Below are positions 27,805 through 39,124 of a DNA stretch of 64,000 nucleotides, one piece after another (position 1 is the stretch's first letter; the number at the start of each line of letters is the position of its first letter). This DNA comes from Octopus sinensis (lineage: Eukaryota). The notes under the pieces were generated by a model. The model saw only the letters and a list, made by a program, of their open reading frames with translations. It was not told the DNA's origin and searched no databases. Where the stretch lies: the NCBI RefSeq assembly GCF_006345805.1, contig NW_021835985.1, forward strand, positions 1 through 64,000, read 5' to 3'. The position numbers and the translations under genes were made by a program.

Positions 27805-27824
27805 AGTGAAGTCGACTCAGAAGG

Positions 27825-29144
27825 AGTTATTGCCTGGAGGACTATGATAAATAGGAGGGGGGTGAGGACAGAACCTTGGTGGACCCCTACCTCTACCCTG
27901 AATTCTTTAGTATACTCGTTGCCAACCCTCACCTTACTGACAGCGTGTACATGGCTTGTACAGCTCTCACTAACCATTCATCTATCCCTAGTTTCCTCAT
28001 TGATAAGGGATCGGGGGACTCTATCAAAGGCTTTCTGCATGTCAACGAAAGCCAGGTACAGGGGCTTATCTTTGGCTAGATATTTCTCCTGCAGCTGTCT
28101 TACCAGGAATATAGCATCAGTGGTGCTTTTCCCTGGCACTAAACCAAACTGCATCTCATCCAAGCTGACACTCACCCTAATCAGTTGGGCTATGACCCTC
28201 TCCGTAACCTTCATTACCTAATCCAACAGCTTGATACCTCTGTAATTATTTGTATCTAAAAGCGTGACCTTTACCTTTGTAGCAATTGACTATTATGCTG
28301 CTACACCAGTCATTGGGTATGACTCCTTCATGTATCACCTGGTTAACTATATGGGTGACTAGACTATAGCCGACACTACCAGATATTTTAAGCATCTCTG
28401 CAGTAATTCCTGATGGGCCTGGGGCTTTCCCTGTCTTCATTCCACTAATTGCCTTAACTACTAAGGAACTGTCAACTCAGATAGCTGGTCCCTCTGTTGG
28501 GTCGACATTCGGCAGACTCTTTTTATCCCATTCATTTTTTTTATTCAGCAACCTTTCATAGTGGTGTCTCCAAACCTCTCTCTTTGCAGCCTCATTCAGT
28601 GTTAATGAACCATCATCTATGCGAACACATTTCTCTCCTACAACATCACGATTCTTTCTCACACACTGTCTTGCAACACAGAATACCTCCAGCCTTTGGT
28701 CCTCACGGCGCAGAACATTGGCAAATTTTTTCTTATCTGCTTCCCCTCTGGCTAAATAAACCTGTCTCCTAGCTTCTCTTTTGGCAGTCTGATACAATTC
28801 CCTGCTACCACCATTTTTCCAGTCCTTCCAAGCCTGTCTCTTTTCTCTAATAGCCCTGTCTACAACATTGTTCCACCACCACGTTATTTTGAGTCGAGAG
28901 GGTACTTTACACCATCCACAGATCTGGTCCGTGGCAGGTTGTCCCTTAGAGACCTCCAGTAGTCTTCTACCCTATGTGAAGCTATATCTCCTACTACTTC
29001 GTCAACGGCTTCAAGTAATATGTCCCTAAGTCTCTGTCCATTCGCAGGATCTTTAAGCTTCCAGATCCTTCTTCTCCATGTTGGTCGTCTCTTAGACCTG
29101 ATCCTGAAGTCACTAACTATTAGTCTATGTTGTGGGGTACATTC
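27825..29144 (-). mobile_element. RTE-clade LINE fragment (end of endonuclease to mid-RT), truncated at both ends
   Basis: Peptides MKTGKAPGPSGI, QFGLVPGKSTTDAIF, AFVDMQKAFDRVPR, GVHQGSVLTPLLF. Confidence 0.92.
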
Positions 29145-30453
29145 AATGTTGTCTGTGATTGTAGAACTTGTAACACGTCAGTTAGTGGGAAAACCCAATG
29201 CAACCATGGACAAGGCACCCTTAAAGCCCATTCTGGCTGTAAAAGAATCCTTTTCCAAGATTATTATTGATGTGGTTGGTCCATTGCCCAGAACAAAGGC
29301 AGGATATCACTACTTATTAACTGTATTGGATCACCAGAGACAATTCCGTTGAAAGAAGTTTCTGCAACTACTGTAGCTGATGCTTTGGTGAAGCAGATCA
29401 CAATCCCTTACTTTTCATTAATAAAGTGAAAGGCACTAATCAGAGGATTCTGAGGTGGAGCTTGTACCTGCAACACAATTTAGTTTGAATATTTGTCATA
29501 TTGCAGGAAATGCTAATTTACTTGCACTATCCAGGTGTTAGCACTTACCATGTATATATTTTATGTACAAGTACATATTTGACTTCTACATTTTCTGGAT
29601 GATATTTGTATCTTTTTGAAAATTGTTTATTGCGCATAAAAATTTTCCCTTTTAAGGGGAAAGGAATGTTAGGAAATATTAAATCCTAATGTTAAGTTAA
29701 ACAGGTAAACAGTTTTTCATGCTGCACTGTCCATTGTCAAAATGGGGGAAGCTAGGTATTATTAGCCAAAACTGTGAAACTATAACATATTGGCTAGACC
29801 TTGGCAAACCTTTATAAGCAAAGATAATTATACCCCGCAGTTTTTCTGACAGTTTTTTCTGTGAGACAAAGTTGTTCAATTGGATTTTGGAAGCTGTGAT
29901 TGTCTGCTTAGTTTACGCACTCTGTGCTTTGTGTTAGGTATTTAGGGATTTATTTTATGCTCCAGGAATTCGCCAGAACTGCCGTCAGATTTTAAAAATT
30001 TCTGTGTCACATCTGGGTCTAAGGTTCAAAAATTGAATTTGTACTAAAATGGAAGTCCAGATTTTATGAAATCTAAATGTTTGGAATCCATCTTTTTGAA
30101 AAAGCAAATTTGTATGGCCAGGGTTTGTGTGAGGCCAATTTTGGTGAAACCAAAAATTGTGAATCCAGAGTTACAGATCCAAGTTTGTGAAATCAAGTTG
30201 GTGAAGCCGCAATTCTGAGTCTGAATTTCTGAACTGTATTTATATGTTACCTTTGTAAATACTTTGACTGCATGTATTGTGTGGCATTGGTTTTTTGTTA
30301 ATGTATATATTTGTTTTTGTATGTAGGCTGTTTTTTCCATGCTGACAATTGTTAATAATATTTTACAAAAAATTTCATGGTGTGTTGTTGTTTTGGGTTC
30401 ATCCTATCTTTGTTGATTCTGTAAATTCGGGTTATGGCCACCAGGTGGTAACA
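29145..30453 (+). mobile_element. Internally deleted Gypsy-superfamily LTR retrotransposon, 3' part: integrase fragment, RNase H end, PPT and 3' LTR (29667-30453)
   Basis: CRTCNT/QLVGKPN...IIIDVVGPLPRTKAGYHYLLTVLD (integrase); DHNPLLF...NQRILRWSLYLQ...ICHIAGNAN...LSRC* (RNase H end); aaggggaaaggaa PPT then TGTTA...TAACA. Confidence 0.85.
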
Positions 30454-30967
30454 ATACAGACAGATATATGAATGTATGGAATTACAAACAGAACAGAAGA
30501 CAATATCTGGAATTATTTTTCTCTTCTCAACAAGAAAAAAGGAACAACAAAATCTTTATGAAAAAGAAATATTTGAAAATTTAATACAGATGATTTTAAA
30601 AATGCATATATGTCTATATACATATATACATATTTATATACACACACACATAAATAATGTAAGATATTTACAATCTAAGAGGTCAGTTCAAGGTGATCCT
30701 GTTAATGATTACATCATAGAGCACCTGTCATTCCCTCTGCCCAAATTAAGCCAAAATAGGTGTAGGTAAGTAGGTGTGTGTGTACCTGTGAGCATGTCTT
30801 AGCTGATTCAGTGAAATACAACACTAGAACAATCAATGGAGTCATGACTATAACTACATAAAATGTTCTTCAGACAAAGAAAACATTATTAGCTGTAGTC
30901 CTGGCTCCACTGAGTGATATTTGGTCTGTAGCAAGACACTAAGAAATTGGAAGTCATTCAATACGTT

Positions 30968-31005
<38 letters not shown>

Positions 31006-33507
31006 TTTCAATTCTAGAGTGAATGGTATGTGCTTTGGCTCTCAAGAAATGTAAATTGCTTCATCTGTTATAGTTTTATACATAATATCTGTGTGTATAT
31101 ACAGGTGTATGTATGTGCACACACACACACACACACACACACAGGCATGGCTATATGATTAAGAAATTTTATTTGCAACCACATGATTTTCGGATTCAAT
31201 ACCCCTGTGCAGCATGTTGGGCCAGCATCTTCTACTATAGCTTTGTGAGAGAAATTGATAGATGGAATCTCTCTCTCTCTCTCTCTGTGTTTTTGTTTTA
31301 GTAATGTTTTTGCTTGAAAGACAAAAGCAGTGACATTATGCTGACAACTGCCAGTCAAGAAATCCTCCTTCAAAGACAAGCAGAATAAAAATCACTAACT
31401 TGAAAAAAGAGTCAGCAAGAGGAAGAGCAGCAGAGTGGAACGCTTCAATAAAAAGCGTTTGTCTAACCTATACTAAAGGGGGGGACCAAACATTAAATCT
31501 GTGAACAAATATATATATATGTTTGTTGTGTGTAGTTATATCTATGTATATGTGTATACAAATACATGTACTTGTGTGAGTCACACAAATATACATGTGA
31601 GTACATATATAAACAGATAGAAACTCATACAGGTAAATACATATATACAAATATATCTGTTTACATAATATATATATAGATGTACTTGCACATATATACA
31701 TTCATCCATACATATACATACATACATATTTATATATTATACGCATGCACACACATTCATACACAAGAGAAATTTTTTTATTTTATTACCAATCATATAA
31801 AACTGCATTAAATACTACCAGTATAAAGCATGTGGCATCATATACACCTCTGATTACATGCACAGATACATACACATGAAAATATTCAAATTCAAATATA
31901 TGGTTTAAAAAAAAAACAAGTAAACATTTGTGACAATCAAAGAAAATTCTCTTTTAGCTACCACCACCACCACCACCACCACCATAGAATCTCAAACTTT
32001 GATCTTCACAATCATCACATACTCAACAGCAGCAGCAGCAATAAATAACAGTAACACAATTGTCTTCATTTGTTTTTTAAATCTAAGTGAAATATGACTT
32101 ATTTAATGGTCCTGGCAGGCTATGATTCAAAGTTGAAGTCTCTTTTTTAAAACTAGGATTGTGATTTAAGGGAAATTTGGCTGCTATTTCAAGCAATAGA
32201 GCGTAATATCTAAAGACATACATTGTTTTGTCTCGTAGTGGTAGTGGTGGTCACTTTTTTTAAGACAAGTTGTGATTCAAGGGCAATTTGACTTCTATTT
32301 CTAACAAGCCAAAATGTAGCGTTGGGGAAGTATGTCCCCCTCCCACTCCCGTTGACTTATATAGTGTTGAAAGGTGGTGGTGGTGGTGACCAATTGAAAG
32401 GGACAGGTGAAGTGTTCTCAGTTTGTGGTTGGGTGATTGAGTGGATGGATGGTGATGGAGGTGTGGAGCAAGATGAAGGAAACAAATGCATGGAGAAAGG
32501 GAGGGAGTAACAGGCTCCACCATCACCATCTCAGCCAGTCATCATTACCACCATCATTGTTAACATCAGTAATCCCTTATTCTCATCATCATCATCATCA
32601 TCATCACCTGTATGAGCAAGCATAGTTGTACATCTTTCATCCGTACTGTACCATCAACTGTTGTCATCAGAAACATCATCATCACTACCATCCAGCATCC
32701 TTAATACTCTATCCCCATCATCACCATCTTTTATCCTTAATACTGTCATCATCAGTTACCATCACAATCAACAACATTATTCTCACCTTCCCAACCACGA
32801 CCATCAACAATGATAGTTAGTAGTAGTAGTTTTAGTTGTTGTTGTTGCTGTAATGGCTTTAGCCCAATGTCAGCTTTGATTGAGCATATCTATTCAGGAT
32901 TAAAGGCTATAACCATCCCATTCATTAGTTTCCGGCTACAACCATCCCATTTATTCATTTTCTAGGCACTATGTCCTGTGGACTGCATTATCCAATTTGT
33001 CTTTCACTTTTTTGCTGCTATTTCTAGCATGTCGGGTGATCACATAGAGGCTCTCTTGTCACCAGGTGGCACTGGGAGGGATGGACACAGTGACAGCAGT
33101 GGTTGTGGTCATAGTGGTGGTGGTGGTTGCAGAGCCAGTAGCAGTCTAAACCTCCACCACTACTGCCACCATTATTTAAACTACTTCAACAATGATGGTC
33201 AGTTGGTCAGACAGTCAGTCATTCTAGTTATTGCTTAAACCCTAAGGTCCAACCTATTCAAAGGTATTCCAGTCATGACCATCCCATTTTTTAAAATTCT
33301 AGGCATATTGTTTTTATCTTTTAGTTTACGGATGGTACAGTGTAATATTTACAGGAGAAACAGGGAATTTCACTGTTATTTCTAGTAAGATGAGCAACCA
33401 CATGGTCATTCCAGAATAACAGTTCTGTTGTTGATTCCATTCAGTAAGTGGATCAATTCCTTTGGCCAGAGAATCAGTGTGTCAGTGCAGTGAATCGATT
33501 GATCAGC

Positions 33508-33660
33508 TTAATATGGTGTGATCTTGAAGGCACTTATGTCATTTGGTTTGATGAAGAGGTGAGACTGAGAGAGAGAGGAGTTACTCTCATACAGCAAAGA
33601 CAGAGATGTGCTGCGAATGTCCTTCAGTTTTATATCTTTGAATAAAGAGTTCAAGTCCAC
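33508..33660 (-). CDS. Golgi alpha-mannosidase II (GH38, MAN2A1/MAN2A2-like), terminal coding exon
   Basis: Acceptor ttactag|, 153 bp: VDLNSLFKDIKLKDIRSTSLSLLYE...IKPNDISAFKITPY*; resembles the SLSL...PMEISTF C-terminus of MAN2A proteins; phase 0 fits the previous exon. Confidence 0.88.
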   Translation of the reverse strand: MDLNSLFKDIKLKDIRSTSLSLLYESNSSLSQSHLFIKPNDISAFKITPY

Positions 33661-34064
33661 CTAGTAACAAAAAAAAAAGAAACAAATTAACTAATTAGAT
33701 AATTTCATTTAAAGACAGTTAAAAAAAAAGTAAAAAAATCATTCAATTAAAAACGATGAGGGATATGCAAGTGAAAATTAACAAAATAATTTTTTTTTTA
33801 CTTTCAGAGAGGGTAGGGCAGTAGCCTTGTGTGTGTGTCTGTGAGCACCTGAGTGTGTGTTTTCTTCCTTTTTCCCCTGGGTGAGAGATAAAAGAAAGTT
33901 ACTCTTGATCCAAAGACTGGATTTGAGGGAGAGCTAACTGATATTTCTAACAGATCAAGTAACGATACAGAGGCTCCGTTGTCTCTGTGTTGTTATAGTA
34001 ACAGTGTTAGTAGGATGGTGGTGGTAGTGACAGGTGTTGCAAAAGGTAGCTATAAGATTCTTAC

Positions 34065-34397
34065 CTTTCCATTTCCAATTGTGCAACTGAGTCCCAGGTT
34101 GGGGAAATCACAGTCAAATGAGAAGCGGTGCAAGATGAGTGCAGCACTGTTCTGTGGCACAAATTTTAGGCTGGGGTCATCATCCTTGTTCTGCAAAGTG
34201 CGTAGGTTCAACAGATGCACATCACATGTCAGACCACTGCTACTGCCATCAAGGGTAGAAGAGAAGGAAGGTAACAGCTGAAGATCAATATTACTACTGT
34301 CGGGATTCCTTGGTGACACATACAGTGGGTGGATGAGGTGCAATGAAGTGAGATGGGCCAGCAATGAGAGAGGTTTTACTTGGTTCTTCATTTCAAG
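34065..34397 (-). CDS. Alpha-mannosidase II coding exon
   Basis: ttgcag| ... |gtaaga, 333 bp: SLLAHLTSLHLIHP, LTCDVHLLNLRTLQ, ALILHRFSFDC. Confidence 0.93.
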
Positions 34398-35059
34398 CTG
34401 CAAAAAATATATTTGGGGGAGATAGTTGATATAGTTTGTTAGAGCTTTATAATTTCAAAGAAAAATTTTAACAATAATTAAAAAGGAATCTGATTTAACA
34501 AGTTACTATACTTTCAAAAGCTCTACTCCACTACTAATTAGGACATGTAAGTTGTGCCAAATTAACATCAACATAGAAGAATGTAATATTATAGAGATTT
34601 TAAACTCTTCATGACACATCATTTAACTCCCCCGCCCCCTAGTCATGCAATCCCAAAAATGGCAATGCACCGAAGTGAATAAAAAAAAAAGATTAACAAT
34701 TCTCTTGTAATATTCTCTAATATTTAGGCTTAAAAACCAAACAAAAAAATGCAATTCTATGCACAAATTACTGTGGTTGAGAAGAATTGTACATAATGCA
34801 TAAGAGGGAAGACAGTGCTGGCATAGGTAAGTAATGTCTATGGAAAATTTCAGTCATGCCAAAACTGTTGAGCAGTCCAAGTGATGGAATTTGTGAAAGG
34901 AAGAGACCATGGGAAGAAATGGTGAAAGCTTGGAGGAATGGGGAGACAAAAATGGACAGAAAACTGAGGATGGTGATGGTAATGGTAGTAGTGGTAGGAT
35001 GAATAATAGAAACATTTGGGGGTCTGTTTTACACCCATTGTAATGTGGCTCTATTATAG

Positions 35060-36100
35060 ACCATTTTGATAATGAATAAACAGCAACCTTATTATCATGG
35101 CTGATGACTTTAATGGATATGTTAGGCTACACATAGATACCTACTCATGCACACATGGAAGCTATAGATATAGTAAAAGGAATGAAGGCTCAGTGTTTTG
35201 TAGCACAAATGACCAAGACATTTGCAACGTTATCTTCCAGAAAAAAACCCAGTCACATGACCATCTGCTGCTCATGTGAACATGTATGCCAAAAAAATTA
35301 CACACTCACTAGGAAACAGGACGGCCAGCTAATTATGAAAGCTAAGTTTTTCACGGGTGAAGAATGTAGCATTCAACATAGTTTGATGATTAGTAACTTG
35401 AAAAACAAGAATTACACAGACTCAGAGATGAGACAATCTGGAGAAAGGTGTGGAAACTGAAAGATCTCTATAAAACACTGATTCAAAGAGATTTCAGATG
35501 AGGAATATGTTGAGAAGGAAAAATGACCTAAGACAAAGAGTATAAATATAGAAGACAGCCTGCTGCAGCAAAGTTTCAACCAAACATGATGATATGATGG
35601 GGGAATGGTACAAGAGACAGACCCATCAAAGCTATATGACTGATAAGATGAGAGTAGGGAAGAACATCAAGAAACTAGATGAAAAGCTAGACAATAGGTA
35701 CATAAAGCAAAGAAAGAAGCAGAAAATAAGAGGTTTGTCAATGTACTATGATGAGAGGGGTAAAGTGTTTTAAATTGCAAAGCAGTGTGTCAGTATGTGA
35801 ATCAATACATCATTCAGGAAAAGTATATTTAGAGTGACAATGGTACACTCTCCATTACCATGCTGAAAAGAAATTCTTGGAAATGCTGCTATGAAAAGTT
35901 GATGAATATAGAGAAAGTGTGGGAAACAGAAGGATGAGTTAAGAAGATGACACCTGTAGAGTCAAAGTGATTGAAAAACATTAACGGAGGGAAGGCAGGT
36001 GGCCTGTCAAGGATAGTCAATGAAGTGGTGAAAATCAAAGTAGGGATAGTGCTAGTCACTTGTGTAGTCAGCCATGTAGTACAAAGAGGTGATATGCCCT
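35060..36100 (+). mobile_element. Heavily decayed RTE-like LINE fragment
   Basis: Remnants ADDFNGYV, FTGEECSIQHSLMISN, AKQCV; many stops. Confidence 0.65.
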
Positions 36101-36181
36101 CATTCACTCATTCATTTGTCAGAATATTCAAACTCAACACAAAATTATTCACAGAAAGAAATTAATATTAAATATACTCAC

Positions 36182-37229
36182 AAGAGGGGAAATCTTTCTT
36201 ATTTCTAGAAGAAGCCGGAATTTGTTAGGGGTCTGTTTGTTATCAAGCACACCCTGGCCCAGACCTCGGCTATCATCTTGGTTGAGGCGACGGTCCAACA
36301 TCACTTCCATCTCACCAGGCTTCAGATAGGCAGCTCCAAGTGACTGACCAGACAAGATGTTTAATCGTTTCTGGGAATTCTCCACAAACATAGCAGTTGG
36401 CATGGGATAGTAGTTGGCCTGCAAAGGCAACTTGCTGTATGTTTTACGCCGGTGCATCTGGAAACCATTTAGGTCAGTGTGGAAAGAGTTGTCCTCACTC
36501 TTAATATCACTACACACCCTCATGGCCATCTCAAAGTTCAGCTTGTCTCTAATGTCCACTATATTGTAGATGTCCAGTGACAAACTGTCTGCACCTGGTG
36601 AATTATATAACCTCACAACATGCTCTACATTTTCCACAAAGACACTCACTTCAGATACAACAGTGCCTTGAATGACACGAATGAATGGGTCGACAATTGT
36701 TACTTCTCGACCTTCACCATCTGGCAGGAATAGATAAGCACCACTCTTTTCAGAAGATTTTCGAGTGCCATATGTTACAAATTTGATGCTGACTGGGTGT
36801 GTAATACCCTCTGCTTTAAATGTGATGTTTTGTAACAGCCCTGTTGCCTGGCTGAAGCCAGCCTTCATGTAATAGTTCTCAAGACTGAACGGCTTTGATG
36901 GGGACTTCTTTATTGTGAACACTGAACTGGAATGTTCCATGTTCATGTTTGAGTTGTAAAATGTTATCTCCGATGGCACAGCTTTTTTTGTGGACAGTTT
37001 GTGTGTTTTCTCGATTGTGTATTGGCAAATGCCCAATGCTTGGATGGCCATCACAAATGACACCTTGTAGACGTCTGTGGAGACAGAATCCCGGTCAGTC
37101 CAGAACAAGTCAATCTGTGAAGGAATGATCTTTCCCCTAGGATCTCTGACAATAACAAATGGGGAGTCAACATAGACACTCACCACAGTATCTCGCTTAT
37201 GCGCCAATGAGTTGTAAAATATAACAGAC
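36182..37229 (-). CDS. Alpha-mannosidase II coding exon (1048 bp, GH38 C-terminal beta region)
   Basis: ttctag| ... |gtgagt; VIFYNSLA, KSGAYLFLPDG, FHTDLNGFQ, KLPLQANYYPMP, GEMEVMLDRRLNQDDSRGLGQGVLDNK. Confidence 0.96.
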
Positions 37230-37639
37230 CTAGAAAATTACAATAAAATATAATTAAATCAATAAGAGTGTTGTAGTTTGCTTGAAGCATTGTAGAAGAA
37301 GGGAAAGTGCAAAGGCCCATCCTCAGAAGGAAACAGTGTAGGAAATGTTCAGTCATGGACATTTCCCAGACTGTTTCCTTCTGAGGATGGACTTTTGTGC
37401 CTTAAATATAAAGGATTTTATAAAACTTTTGGCATTGTTAGAAGCTTAATTTTCTCTTTCCTTTTCCTTCTTCCATAATTAAATTATTGTAATCATAATA
37501 TATAAAGAAAGCAAAACAAAGCAAAACATGGTCTATTCCTGGGGTAGACAGAGCTGTGCTCAGCTGTGTAGTGAAAATATATCGTAACAATAATATTACT
37601 GAACTAATGAGAATTGTTTCTAATTTAGGTAATAAGGGG

Positions 37640-38460
37640 AAAAGGGTGTTTGTCAATTACAATTAATCCAGTATATGACTAGTATTTCACTTTATTGACT
37701 GAAAAGGAATGTAACATAAAGTTGACTAATGCAGAATTTGAACTCAGAATGTAAGAAGCCAGAACAAATAGAGCAAGAAAGTTTGTCCAGTGCTTATAAC
37801 AGTTCTGCCAATCTACTGCTTTAACAACAACAACGGTTTCAAATTTTGGCACATGGTTAGCAATTTTGGGGGAGGGGTTAAGTTGATTATATCAACTACA
37901 GCTTATTTTAGCTTCAAAAGGATGAAAGACAAAGGTGATTTTGGAGGCATTTGAACTCAGAACATAAAGAGAGACAAAATGCCACAAAGCATTTTTCCTG
38001 GTGTGCTAACAATTCTGCCAGTTCACCACCTTAGATATTGATTTCAAATTTTGGCACAAGGCCTGAAATTTGGGGGAAGGGGTTAAGTCAATTACACCAC
38101 TTCCTGTGTTTAACTGGTACTAATTTTACTGGCCCGAAGGGATGAAAGGCAAAGTCGACTGTGGTAGAATTTGAACTCAGAACGTAAAGTTGGATGAAAT
38201 GATGCTAAGCATTTTGCCCAGAGTGCTAACGATTCTGCCAGAAGAAAAAATCCTTTCTACTCTAGGCACAAGACCTGAAATTTGTGGAGGGGAGGGTACT
38301 AGTTGATTACATTGACCCCAGTGTTTACTGGTACTTAATTTACTGAGACCAAAAGGATGAAAAGCAAAATTGACCTAGGCGGAATTTGAACTTAGGATGT
38401 AAAGGTGGACGAAATGCTACTAAGCATTTTGCTCACTGTGGTAAGGATTCTGCCAATAAT
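37640..38460 (-). mobile_element. Four tandem decayed copies of a tRNA-related SINE
   Basis: gaatttgaactcagaa (reverse B-box) and gctaacgattctgcca recur at about 200-bp spacing (37735, 37950, 38168, 38383). Confidence 0.75.
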
Positions 38461-39124
38461 TCTAAGAAAGGCAACAGCAACAAGGAAGGAATCAGTCAAT
38501 CACACTTACATGCTACTTTGTACATGGAATGATGCAAAGAAATCCATCGGAACCTTTCCAGCAAAGGAAAATGGATAATGATGATGATGATGATAATGAT
38601 GATAGTAATGGTTCCTAAAATAGGCACAGTCACACATTCTGGGGAATAGGAGAGAGGGAACCAACAATATCCAACAATTTTGGTTACACAGACCTCTATA
38701 TAACCAAATATAAAAGAGTGAACTACAGTGGGCAATGATGATGTAATGAAAGCCATAGGAAAAAGAAATTCAATTCTATATAACCACCTGAGTTAGGTAA
38801 TCCTAAGTACTTGTCTTATATATTGTTATTAATGTTTACCAGAAAAAAATCAGCGTTCATTGAATAAAAACTGAAAATATTGTTGTTGAGAGAGAGAGAG
38901 AGAGAGAATGAGAGAGTGTGTGCATCTGTAGATAGGGAGAGACAGTGAGAGAAAGAGAGAGGGAAAAGGGTTTTGTTGAGAGAGAAGGCAAGAGGCACTG
39001 TTTGACTCCCTCTCTCATTGTTATTACCATGTTGTCTCTTCTCTTTTTTACTCTTACTTACATCGCTACTTCCTTATTGCATGATTTTGGACAAACTTAC
39101 AAACAAGCTTATTATTATAATAGA

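Noticed and set aside
31900-33400. His-rich or Gly-rich ORFs downstream of the mannosidase stop
   Set aside because: Derived from CAT/CAC/GGT microsatellites and decayed repeats; probably 3' UTR or intergenic.
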